Positions 18,347-27,207 of a stretch of DNA of 64,000 bases are shown here, one piece after another. The stretch lies in contig CAVVHE010000008.1 of NCBI GenBank assembly GCA_963748015.1, positions 47,049-111,048 of the forward strand, in the 5' to 3' direction. This stretch comes from Terriglobia bacterium (lineage in GTDB: Bacteria > Acidobacteriota > Polarisedimenticolia > Polarisedimenticolales > JAIQFR01). A program made the translations under genes and the position numbers. Every line of letters starts with the position of its first letter. Position 1 is the stretch's first letter. Below the pieces are notes generated by a model. It was not told the origin of the DNA. It did not search any database and saw only the letters and a program-made list of their open reading frames with translations.

Positions 18347-19987
18347 ATGAAGAAGCCGACGGTTCTTCTCGTCGACTACGATCCGATGAGCATCGAGAGC
18401 ACCCGGGGTCCTCTCGCCCTTGCCGGCTACGACGTCGCCCTCGCGAAGAACGGCGTGGCCGGTCTCGAGGCGTTCCTGCAGGTGGACCCCGACATCGTGC
18501 TGACCCAGCTGATGCTTCCGAAGCTGCCCGGGCTCGACCTTTGCCGGGAGATCCGCAAGACCCGGCCCGCCGGACGGCCTCCGATCCTCGTCTACGGCAC
18601 GACCCCCGCGGAGAAAGGGCGCTCGCAGGCGCTCGCCGCCGGCGCCAGCGGTTATCTCGTCGCGCCGATGAACCCCGAGACGCTCGTCGCGACCTGCAAC
18701 GACTACCTGATGGGGTGCGGTGTCGAGGCTTTCGAGGAGATCGTCGAGTCGCCGGAGCCCGACGGCGTCCCCGCGGAAGCGCCCCTCTCCAGCGAAAGCG
18801 AGCACGCGGCGGCCGCGGCGGAGATCCTTGAGCGACTGGACGCGTTTCTTCCCTCGAGGCCGGTGGAGATCCCTCCGCCTCCCATCGTGGAGAGCGCCGT
18901 GGCCGCGCCGGCCGCGGTCATTCGCGACGAGACGCCCGCGCCGTCCACGGTGCCTCCGCTGCCGCAGACCCAGGCTGACGCGAGCCCGGCGGTCGAGGCG
19001 ACGGCGACGGCGGCGACGACCGCCACCCCTACGACGACGGCGACGGTGGTGGAGAGACCGGTGCGTTCGCCGGTCCAGGGGAAGGGGCCGGGACGAGCGG
19101 GGGTCCGGTGGACGAGAGTCCTCCCGGCGCTCGCCCTGGGAGCCGGCCTCCTCGTGGTGATCCTCGCCCTCCGGGGCCGAGCCCTTCCCGGTCGCGAGCC
19201 CGGCACGCCGGCGTCCCCGGGCGTCGATCGCTCGGTGCCGTCCGAGGCGGTCTCCAACGAGGCACAGTCGTCGAACGAAAAAACGCCTGCCGGTGCGGCC
19301 ACGCAGGATCCCGCGAGCGTCGCGCCACTCGCGGCCTCGCCGGAGCGCGCATCCGTGCAACGACTCCCCGAGTCGACCCGCGACGGCTCGAAGCTCGCGA
19401 CCGATCCGCGCTCCGAATCCCCGAGGGAAGAGCCCGGGGTCCCCGTTCCCTCCACGACAGCGTCGCCGAGCGTCGCGGCGGATGCGCGCGGCGCGGTATC
19501 GGAGCCGGTATCGGAACCCGCGATCACGCCCGAAGCGAAGCCCGCGCCCGCCGCGGCCGTCCCCGTAGCCCCCCCGGAGCCCGCTGCCGCGAGCGGCGAG
19601 CTCTTGAAGCTCCTCTCGCCCGAACTCTACGCAGCGGCGACGCCCGAGCAGCCACCGACGGCGGACCCTTCTCGGAAGTCCCCGACTCGCGCCGGCGAGC
19701 TGGTCGAGCTCGACAGCGTGGACACCCAGCCGGTCGCCAGGTCCCGCGCGCAGCCGGCCTATCCCGAGCTTGCGCGAAGGATGCGCTACTCGGGAACGGC
19801 GGTGCTCCGGATCCTGGTGGACGAGACGGGCAGGGTGGCCGAGGCGGAGCCCGAAGGCGCCCCGGCCCGCAAGGAGTTCCTCGCCGCGGCCATCAAGGCC
19901 GTGCGAACGTGGACCTACAGCCCGGCCACGAAGGACGGGGTGCCCGTGAAGACACGGCTCACCGTGCAAGTCGTCTTCCAGCCCTGA
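18347..19987 (+). CDS. Pseudo-receiver + TM + Pro-rich linker + TonB C-terminal domain protein
   Basis: N-terminal CheY-like fold, one TM helix, C-terminal PAYPELARRMRYSGTAVLRILVDETGRV...AIKAVRTWTYSPATKDGVPV. Confidence 0.8.
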   Translation: MKKPTVLLVDYDPMSIESTRGPLALAGYDVALAKNGVAGLEAFLQVDPDIVLTQLMLPKLPGLDLCREIRKTRPAGRPPILVYGTTPAEKGRSQALAAGASGYLVAPMNPETLVATCNDYLMGCGVEAFEEIVESPEPDGVPAEAPLSSESEHAAAAAEILERLDAFLPSRPVEIPPPPIVESAVAAPAAVIRDETPAPSTVPPLPQTQADASPAVEATATAATTATPTTTATVVERPVRSPVQGKGPGRAGVRWTRVLPALALGAGLLVVILALRGRALPGREPGTPASPGVDRSVPSEAVSNEAQSSNEKTPAGAATQDPASVAPLAASPERASVQRLPESTRDGSKLATDPRSESPREEPGVPVPSTTASPSVAADARGAVSEPVSEPAITPEAKPAPAAAVPVAPPEPAAASGELLKLLSPELYAAATPEQPPTADPSRKSPTRAGELVELDSVDTQPVARSRAQPAYPELARRMRYSGTAVLRILVDETGRVAEAEPEGAPARKEFLAAAIKAVRTWTYSPATKDGVPVKTRLTVQVVFQP

Positions 19988-20167
19988 TTCCCGCGGGCAG
20001 CGCGCTTCGCCCCGCCCGGCGGCGGGCGCCTTGAACTCCTCCCGAGGCCGGGAGAGAATGTTCGGGGGGCCGGGCGCCGGGGTCGGGTAGCAGCCCGACA
20101 CCGCCAATTCAACCTAACGATCGCGTCCCGCGTCGGGCGACCGGCGAAGGGGCGAGGAGTCATACGA

Positions 20168-21223
20168 ATGCGTCGCTGGATCATGAGCGTCGTCGCGGTC
20201 TCCGCGGCGTGCGCGGCGTTGTCGCCGCGCGCGTTCGCGCAGGTCAACATCCCTCGCGAGGCGCGGGCGGGGGAATCGCACCTCGCGAACCTCCGGCAGC
20301 TCACGGACGAGGGCACGCAGGCGGAGGCCTACTTCAGCCGCGACGGGAAGTGGATCACCTTCCAGGCCACGCGCGGCGATCACCCGTGCGACCTGCAGTA
20401 CGTGATGCGCGTCGACGGGACCGGCCTTCGCCGGATCTCGCCGGCCGGGGGCAAGTCCACCTGCGGCTGGTTCCTGAAGGACGGGAAGCACCTCTTCTTC
20501 GCCTCGACCCACGCGCAGGGGGACGCCTGCCCGCCGCGTCCCGACCCCTCCAAGGGGTACGTGTGGGGGATCGACCCCTTCGACTTCTACACCGTCGCCC
20601 GCGACGGCAGCGACCTGCGCCGGCTCACCAGCTACGGCGTCTACACCGCCGAAGGCACCCTCTCCCCCGACGGGAAGCGCATCGTCTTCACCTCCCTCAA
20701 GGACGGCGACCTCGACATCTACACGATGAACGTGGACGGCACCGACGTGCGCCGCCTCACGACCGCGCCCGGATACGACGGCGGCCCGTGGTGGTCGCCG
20801 GACGGCAAGAGGATCGTGTATCGCGCCTATCATCCGACCGATCCGGCCGAGCTCGAGGACTACCGGGCGCTGCTCGCCCAGCGAGTCATCCGCCCGAACA
20901 AGATGGAGCTCTGGGTCATGAACGCCGACGGGAGCGATCAGCGGCAGATCACCCGACTCGGCGGCGCCAACTTCGGCCCGTCGTGGACGCCGGACGGCAA
21001 GCTGATCATCTTCTCGTCGAACCACAAAAACCCGCGCAGCGCCAACTTCGATCTCTACCTCGTCGCGCCCGACGGCACCGGCCTCACCCAGCTCACGAAC
21101 GACGAGGGCTTCGACGGGTTCCCGATGTTCAGCCCCAACGGCAAGAAGCTGATCTGGGGCTCTGGGCGCAACGCCAAGGGCGAGCGCAACGTCAACCTGT
21201 TCATCGCCGACTGGCGGCCGTAG
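20168..21223 (+). CDS. Secreted TolB-like PD40-repeat protein
   Basis: Signal peptide; repeated SPDGKRIVF, GYDGGPWWSPDG, FDGFPMFSP; GAGGAG RBS. Confidence 0.85.
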   Translation: MRRWIMSVVAVSAACAALSPRAFAQVNIPREARAGESHLANLRQLTDEGTQAEAYFSRDGKWITFQATRGDHPCDLQYVMRVDGTGLRRISPAGGKSTCGWFLKDGKHLFFASTHAQGDACPPRPDPSKGYVWGIDPFDFYTVARDGSDLRRLTSYGVYTAEGTLSPDGKRIVFTSLKDGDLDIYTMNVDGTDVRRLTTAPGYDGGPWWSPDGKRIVYRAYHPTDPAELEDYRALLAQRVIRPNKMELWVMNADGSDQRQITRLGGANFGPSWTPDGKLIIFSSNHKNPRSANFDLYLVAPDGTGLTQLTNDEGFDGFPMFSPNGKKLIWGSGRNAKGERNVNLFIADWRP

Positions 21224-21297
21224 CCAGGGCCGTCCCCGCCGCGACGGGCGCGCTCCTCGCGGTGTATCGTTACCCCCGATCATCCGTGGGAGCGAGC

Positions 21298-23127
21298 ATG
21301 AGAGCAGTCATGCGCAGGTCCGTTTCGGCGCGCTCGCGCGCGGCGGTCTGCGTTCTGGCGCTTGCGACATGGGTGGGTTGCTCCGGCAGCGGAGCGCCGG
21401 CCCCGCCAGCTTCCGCGTCGCGCGAGCCACGAGCGGCGAAGGCAGGCGGAGCGCCGTCGGTTCTCCTCGTCACGATCGACACGTGGCGATGGGACCATCT
21501 CGGGGCAAGCGCCCAGGGAAAGGTCGAAACGCCCAACCTGGACCGGCTCGCAGCGGAGGGGACGTATCTGCGGAGGATCCAGAGCACCTGCCCGCTCACC
21601 ACGCCCGCCCACGCTTCGATCCTGACCGGCCTCCCGCCTCTCGGGCACGGGATCCGGGACAACCAGCACTTCTCGCTGAAGCCGGGAGTGACGACGCTCG
21701 CGGAGAAGTTCAAGGAGCGCGGCTACCGCACCGGCGCCGTGATCTCCGGCGCGCCGCTCCGGAGGACCTACGGCCTCGACCGCGGGTTCGACCACTACGA
21801 CGACCAGGGGCTCGGGATCGAGGGCGACAACGCGATCACGCCGTCCTCCCGGCCGGCAGAGGTGACGACGGCGCGGGCGCTCGAATGGCTAGGGAAGCAG
21901 CCGCGGGACGCGCGCCTCTTCCTGTGGGTCCACTACTACGATCCCCACGAGCCTTATCTGCCCCCCTCTCCTTTCTTCGACCGGTACCCCGGAAGGCCGT
22001 ACGCGGGGGAGGTCGCCTACGTGGACGCGCAGCTCGCGCCGCTGCTCGAGCGCGCGCGATCGGATGCGTCGAGACCGTGGGTCGTCGCGGTGACCGGCGA
22101 TCACGGGGAAGGGCTGGGGGATCACGGCGAGAGGACGCACGGGATCCTTCTGTACGGGTCGACGACGGAGGTCCCGCTCATTCTCTGGCCGGCGCGCGGG
22201 CCGGCGGCGGGCGCCGCCCCTTTCGGTCTCGTGGACGTCGCGCCGACGCTCTGCGACCTCGCCGGCGTGCGCCGCTTCGTCGGCGAGGGCGTCTCGGTTT
22301 TTTCCGGCGCGCCCGCGGACCGCTGGCTCGCCGCGGAGACGGTCTACCCGGCCCTGGGCTACGGCCTGAACCCGGCGTCCCTCCTGCGGAGGGGGAGCCT
22401 GGTCTACCTCGAGCACGGGAGCCCGGAGGTCTACGACCTCGCCTCCGATGCGGGCCAGGCGACGGACCTGGCCGCCTCGGACCGCGGCCGCGAGTTCGCC
22501 CGCCGCGCGCTCGTCGAGAAGGAGAGGCTCCTCGGATCCGAGCTCGACGCGACCGAGCGGACGCTCTCGCTCTCGAGAGGGGAGACGGAGGCTCTGAGAT
22601 CGCTCGGCTACGTCGAGGGGCCGCGGACGGCCCGTCGGGCGCTCAGGAGAGTGGACCTTCGCCGCTTCGCGGCGGACCTGTCGAGGCTCGACGAGGCGCG
22701 GCGGCTGTTCTCGGCCCGGCGCCACGCGGAAGCCCTGCGGGTCTACGACGCGTTCGTCGGCGCGTATCCCGACTCCGCGATGGCTCACCAGGAGCGGGGA
22801 CAGGTCCTCGCCGCGATGGGAAACGGCGCCGAGGCCGCGCGCGCCTTCGGCAAGGCGCTCGCCCTAGATCCGGCCGACGCGATCTCCGCCCTCGACCTCG
22901 GCAACCTCGCCGCGGCCCGCGGCGACTATGCGGTGGCCGAGTCCTTCTTCCGCCGGTCTCTCTCGATCGAGGAGGGACAGCCGGAGGCGCACCTCAATCT
23001 CGCGCTTCTCTATCTCCACTACCTGAAGCGTCCGAAGGAGGCGAAGGCTCACTTCGAGCGATTCCTCCAACTCGCTCCGGACGATCGGGAGGCGCCGGAA
23101 GTCCGGCGTCTCGCCGCCGGGCTCTGA
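21298..23127 (+). CDS. Sulfatase-like (AlkP superfamily) hydrolase/transferase with C-terminal TPRs
   Basis: VLLVTIDT, PLTTPAHASILTG, WVHYYDPH, GDHGEG, LRSLGYV then TPRs. Confidence 0.85.
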   Translation: MRAVMRRSVSARSRAAVCVLALATWVGCSGSGAPAPPASASREPRAAKAGGAPSVLLVTIDTWRWDHLGASAQGKVETPNLDRLAAEGTYLRRIQSTCPLTTPAHASILTGLPPLGHGIRDNQHFSLKPGVTTLAEKFKERGYRTGAVISGAPLRRTYGLDRGFDHYDDQGLGIEGDNAITPSSRPAEVTTARALEWLGKQPRDARLFLWVHYYDPHEPYLPPSPFFDRYPGRPYAGEVAYVDAQLAPLLERARSDASRPWVVAVTGDHGEGLGDHGERTHGILLYGSTTEVPLILWPARGPAAGAAPFGLVDVAPTLCDLAGVRRFVGEGVSVFSGAPADRWLAAETVYPALGYGLNPASLLRRGSLVYLEHGSPEVYDLASDAGQATDLAASDRGREFARRALVEKERLLGSELDATERTLSLSRGETEALRSLGYVEGPRTARRALRRVDLRRFAADLSRLDEARRLFSARRHAEALRVYDAFVGAYPDSAMAHQERGQVLAAMGNGAEAARAFGKALALDPADAISALDLGNLAAARGDYAVAESFFRRSLSIEEGQPEAHLNLALLYLHYLKRPKEAKAHFERFLQLAPDDREAPEVRRLAAGL

Positions 23128-23129
23128 GC

Positions 23130-24077
23130 ATGGTGCGCCGGCTCAGGAGACGACCGTGGTGGCCCGGCCTCTCGATCGTCCTCCTCGCGACCCTCGCGGC
23201 CTGCGCCGTTCCTCCACCACCGCCTGCGCAGGTCCCGGCCGGCGAGGCGCGCCTGGCGGTGACGATCGACGATCTTCCCTGGCAGCGCGACGACGTTCCC
23301 GACCGGTTAGAGGCCACGGAGCGGATCCTGCGGGCCCTCGAGGACGAGGGAGCGCCCGCCACCGGGTTCGTCATCTGCTCGCACATCCGCCCCGGCGAGC
23401 CGATCCTGGAGAAGTGGCTCGAGGCCGGCATGGACCTCGGCAATCACACCGACGCCCATCTCGACCTCAACAAGGCCGACCTCGCGTCGTGGCTCGACGA
23501 CGTCTCCCGCTGCAACGTCACGCTGGAGAAGATCACCGGCAAACCCGTGCATTGGTTCCGCTATCCGATGCTGCACCAGGGTCCCGACGCCGCGCGGCGG
23601 GACGCGGCCGCCGCGCGGGTCCGCGAGCTGGGACTTACGGTCGCTCACGTCTCGATCGACAACGTCGAGTGGCGCCTGGCCGCCTGGTACGGCGAGGCCG
23701 CCAAGCAGGGGAACGCGGCGCGGAAGGCCGCCATCGCGAGCGCCTACCGCGAGCACATCGTGGCCGCGGCGCGTCATTACCAGGAGGAGGCGAGGCGGAG
23801 GACGGGACGCGACGTCGCCCACGTCCTGCTCCTGCACGCGAACGCGCTCGCGGCCGATCACCTCGCGGAGGCACTCGCCGATCTGAAGCGGGCCGGATTC
23901 CGGTTCGTCACGCTCGAGGAGGCGCTGGCCGATCCCGTGTATCGCCTCCCCGACCGTTACCTCGGTCCGTGGGGAATCTCCTTCCTCGAGAGGCTCGATC
24001 CCCCCACGAAGAACTCGGAGTGGATCGACGAGCAGGACGCGATGCTGGCGAAGCGCCTGGCGCCATCCGGTTCCTGA
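23130..24077 (+). CDS. Polysaccharide deacetylase family lipoprotein
   Basis: LAAC lipobox; VTIDDLP, GNHTDAH, FRYPML, VLLLHAN. Confidence 0.85.
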   Translation: MVRRLRRRPWWPGLSIVLLATLAACAVPPPPPAQVPAGEARLAVTIDDLPWQRDDVPDRLEATERILRALEDEGAPATGFVICSHIRPGEPILEKWLEAGMDLGNHTDAHLDLNKADLASWLDDVSRCNVTLEKITGKPVHWFRYPMLHQGPDAARRDAAAARVRELGLTVAHVSIDNVEWRLAAWYGEAAKQGNAARKAAIASAYREHIVAAARHYQEEARRRTGRDVAHVLLLHANALAADHLAEALADLKRAGFRFVTLEEALADPVYRLPDRYLGPWGISFLERLDPPTKNSEWIDEQDAMLAKRLAPSGS

Positions 24078-24334
24078 TCGCGTAAGATCGGCACGACGGC
24101 GGGCACGACCGGGAAGAAACTCCGCGCCGTTTGGTCCGACGCACGTCTGATCTGTTTGCTGCCTCGGGCCGTTTCGAGCCTATCGCACTCGATGATTCCA
24201 CCCTGACCTCCGCTCGCGAATGGGTGGCCGGAGGAGTTCGATTCGATTCGCGCTCCGATTCCGGTTTCCGCCCCCCGCTCCTTGCAATTACGGACAGTTC
24301 TTGGCGCATTTCGTTCTTTCGGCCGCGTACCTCA

Positions 24335-24350
24335 TGGCATCGGCGTTGCA
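24335..24350 (+). promoter_or_regulatory. Sigma-54 (-24/-12) promoter candidate
   Basis: TGGCATCGGCGTTGCA matches TGGCA-N6-TTGCW with exact GG-N10-GC spacing, ~135 bp upstream of the cytochrome gene. Confidence 0.6.
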
Positions 24351-24484
24351 ATCGCGCTGACGAGTCGGAGCATCATCCGCACGAGGCGGTGGGCCACGAG
24401 CACCGCGGTCCCGACGGAGTCCTCGAGGAAATTTCTGCTCCGCGCCGGCAAGGGAGGCGCGGATGGGACGAGGGAGAAGAGACG

Positions 24485-25420
24485 ATGACCGTGAGACGTA
24501 CGCTGACCTTCGGGTTCTTTGTCGCGCTCGCCGCGCTGGTCTGCAGCGGCGCAGCGCTCGCCTACACTCAGTACAACGACGGTTGCCAGTCGTGCCACGG
24601 CGCCTTCACGGACTCCACCTCCACGAAGGGGAGCACGTTCCCCGGCAACGACAAGCACGCGATGCATCGGTCGGCGCAAAACATGGACACCACCTGCGGC
24701 CTCTGTCACCGCTCGGACGACGGCAACAACCCCTTCATGGCGTCCTCGGACGGCGCCGGGACCGTCAACGGCCTCGGTTGCGTCGGTTGCCACGAGCCCC
24801 TCGGGCTCCGGCGCCACCACGACATCAACGGCGTGAGCGAGTGCGTGGGCTGCCACTCCAACGACGGGACGCCTCCGCCGGAGAGCCAGCAGCCGTACTA
24901 CTACGGCACCACGGAAACCAAGGCGAACAACACCTGTAACCTCACCGCTACGACCAGCCTCAACGAGAACTGGACGGTCAACTGCTGCGCCGGCCTCGAC
25001 AACGACGGCGATGGTCTCTACGACGCGGCGGATCCGGATTGCGCCACGGCCACGTCGACGCCGGGAGAGGCCGGCGCGACGGCGACCCTGCTCGTCACGG
25101 CCTACGACAAGGGCACCCAGGCCGTGACGATCAGCTTCGGCACCGCCTGCTCCGCGACGAACAACGTCGTGGAGTACGGCCCGCTCGCGAGCGTCTCGAC
25201 GTACGGTTACGGCGGGCAGGTCTGCAACGTCGGCAACACCGGCGCCGCGACGTTCACCGCTCCTTCTGCCTCCTCCTTCTTCCTCGTCGTCGCGAGAAAC
25301 ACGACGAAGGAAGGCTCGTACGGCCGGCGAAGGACGGGCGCGACCCTCGCGGAGCGGCCGGAGGACGCCTCGAGCCCGACCTGCCCGGTGCCGCAGGATC
25401 TGACGCTGCGCTGCGACTGA
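24485..25420 (+). CDS. Secreted tetraheme c-type cytochrome with DxDxDG motif and Cys-rich C-terminal domain
   Basis: Signal peptide; CQSCH, CGLCH, CVGCH, CVGCH; GLDNDGDGLYDAADPDC. Confidence 0.82.
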   Translation: MTVRRTLTFGFFVALAALVCSGAALAYTQYNDGCQSCHGAFTDSTSTKGSTFPGNDKHAMHRSAQNMDTTCGLCHRSDDGNNPFMASSDGAGTVNGLGCVGCHEPLGLRRHHDINGVSECVGCHSNDGTPPPESQQPYYYGTTETKANNTCNLTATTSLNENWTVNCCAGLDNDGDGLYDAADPDCATATSTPGEAGATATLLVTAYDKGTQAVTISFGTACSATNNVVEYGPLASVSTYGYGGQVCNVGNTGAATFTAPSASSFFLVVARNTTKEGSYGRRRTGATLAERPEDASSPTCPVPQDLTLRCD

Positions 25421-25444
25421 TTCCCGCCCCAACGACTCGTTCCT

Positions 25445-25485
25445 GCCGGCCGCCGTCGTCGCTCGACACGGCGGCCGGCTTCGTT
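25445..25485 (+). terminator. Terminator-like hairpin
   Basis: GCCGGCCGCCGT...ACGGCGGCCGGC stem followed by TTCGTT. Confidence 0.5.
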
Positions 25486-25535
25486 CCTGCCCCCCCGTTC
25501 CCGCGGTGCCGGCGCCGCGGCATCGTCGCGCGAAC

Positions 25536-25564
25536 TTGACCCTCCCCGTGCAGCGCCGGATAAT
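25536..25564 (+). promoter_or_regulatory. Sigma70-like promoter
   Basis: TTGACC-17 bp-GATAAT, 50 bp before ATG 25615. Confidence 0.5.
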
Positions 25565-25614
25565 CGAAGTACATTCGTGAAGTCTTCGCACGCGGCGAAG
25601 AAACGGAGGTCGTC

Positions 25615-27159
25615 ATGCTCTGTCGCAGCGCGCGGGTTCTGCTCGGGTCGCTGGGCTTGGTCGTGGCGCTCTCCGCGTCGCCACCGGTTGCGGCGGCTGC
25701 GCCGGGGGAGCCTCGATGGTCCGCCGCCGCTGCGGGCGCCGCGTATCGTCTGGTCGAGGGCAGTTACCTCGTCGACGACTGCACGATCTGCGAGCGCCCC
25801 ACGTTCCGGGTGCCGATTCACGGGTCGTTCCAGCTGATTCCCGGCGGTCAGGACCCGCTGTTCGCCCGTTACACGGTCGGCGCGTTCCGCTTCGCGGGCG
25901 ACCCCATGCCCAGGAGCTACGCCGGCTCGGGCCGCGGCAGCTATCGCCAGGGCGGCGAGGTCGCGATCGTCGAGGAGATGACCCTGACCCTGCGCATAGG
26001 AAATCGCACCGGGATCAGGATGTCGAGCGGCCTCGTTCCGCCGCAGGCCCGTCTTCCGTGGATCGAGATCGACCTCGTGGAGGAGCCGACCCCCGGCCGG
26101 ATCCAGTTCTATCGACTGCACCTGGTGGCGGTGGCGTGGCCCGAGGTGTGGTTCTCGACCGATCTGCCGTTCGGCTCGACGCGCCGCGAGATCGGGCGGG
26201 TGAGCGACGGCGATCTGCTCTCCTCGAACGGCAGCGTGGCGCGACGCGGCGGTGCCCTCGCGGCAAGGCTCGGCATCATGCCGCCTCCGCCCGAGCTCGG
26301 GCTCGACGCGGTTCTGGTCCCCGGCTTGAAGGCGGAGCCCACGAGGGGCTCCGCGCGGCCGGAGATCTGGTTCTCCACGGACAAGGACGTGTGGAGCGAG
26401 TCGCTCGGCGAACTTCGTCACGGCGACCTCCTCTCCGACGCCGGACGGGTGGTGCGGCGGTTCGACGAGCTCGTTTTTCCTTTCTGCCCGCAGCCGCCGG
26501 TCACGGACTTCGGCCTCGACGCGGTCGCGCTGGCGCCCGAGGGAGGCCTGCTGTTCTCGGTCGAGCAGGGGTTCTTCTCCGAGTGCCTGGGTGTTGCGAT
26601 CTCCCGCTCCGACCTCCTGGCCGAGGGCGGGAGCGTCTTCAAGCGGGGAGCGGATCTGCTCGCGAAGTTCCACGTCGAGCCGGGCGCGCCCGAGGACGTC
26701 GGTCTCGATGCCGCGCACGTGTTCCCGGACGGCGAGGTGTGGTTCTCGACCGACACCGCGTTTCGCGACGAGCGCTACGGCGTCGTGGGCGAAGGGGACC
26801 TGCTGTCGGACACCGGGAGGATCGTGGCGCGCAACCGCGACCTGCTCGGCCCGTTCCGGCCGGTGGAGGACCTCGCCGACTTCGGCCTCGACGCCCTGCA
26901 CGTCGTCTCGCCGCCGATGATCCGCGGCCTGTGCGGCACCATCGTGCGCGGCGTCGAGTGCCCGCTCTTCGCGGCCGACAACGGCAAGGCGTTCATCCTC
27001 TCCACCACGGGCGGCTTCAAGCCCGGCGACCGGGTCCAGGTCACGGGAGAGCTGCGGCGCGCCTGCGCGAGCTTCTGCATGCAGGGCGACGGCTGCATCG
27101 AGGTCGAGAGCATCGAGGCGTGCCCGGGAGCGTCGGGCGCGTTTTCGCGCCCGCACTGA
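25615..27159 (+). CDS. Secreted hypothetical protein with four ~58-aa repeats and a Cys-rich C-terminal domain
   Basis: GGAGG RBS, signal peptide, repeats WFSTD..GDLLS..G.V...GLDA. Confidence 0.8.
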   Translation: MLCRSARVLLGSLGLVVALSASPPVAAAAPGEPRWSAAAAGAAYRLVEGSYLVDDCTICERPTFRVPIHGSFQLIPGGQDPLFARYTVGAFRFAGDPMPRSYAGSGRGSYRQGGEVAIVEEMTLTLRIGNRTGIRMSSGLVPPQARLPWIEIDLVEEPTPGRIQFYRLHLVAVAWPEVWFSTDLPFGSTRREIGRVSDGDLLSSNGSVARRGGALAARLGIMPPPPELGLDAVLVPGLKAEPTRGSARPEIWFSTDKDVWSESLGELRHGDLLSDAGRVVRRFDELVFPFCPQPPVTDFGLDAVALAPEGGLLFSVEQGFFSECLGVAISRSDLLAEGGSVFKRGADLLAKFHVEPGAPEDVGLDAAHVFPDGEVWFSTDTAFRDERYGVVGEGDLLSDTGRIVARNRDLLGPFRPVEDLADFGLDALHVVSPPMIRGLCGTIVRGVECPLFAADNGKAFILSTTGGFKPGDRVQVTGELRRACASFCMQGDGCIEVESIEACPGASGAFSRPH

Positions 27160-27207
27160 GCGCCCTGGCGGCGATCGACGCCGCCCCGAATCGCGAAAGC
27201 TGAGCGG

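Noticed and set aside
20209-21297. N-terminal extensions in the ORF track (20209, 21369, 28198, 30180, 35718, 38675)
   Set aside because: They overlap other well-supported genes; downstream starts with RBS or signal peptides fit better.
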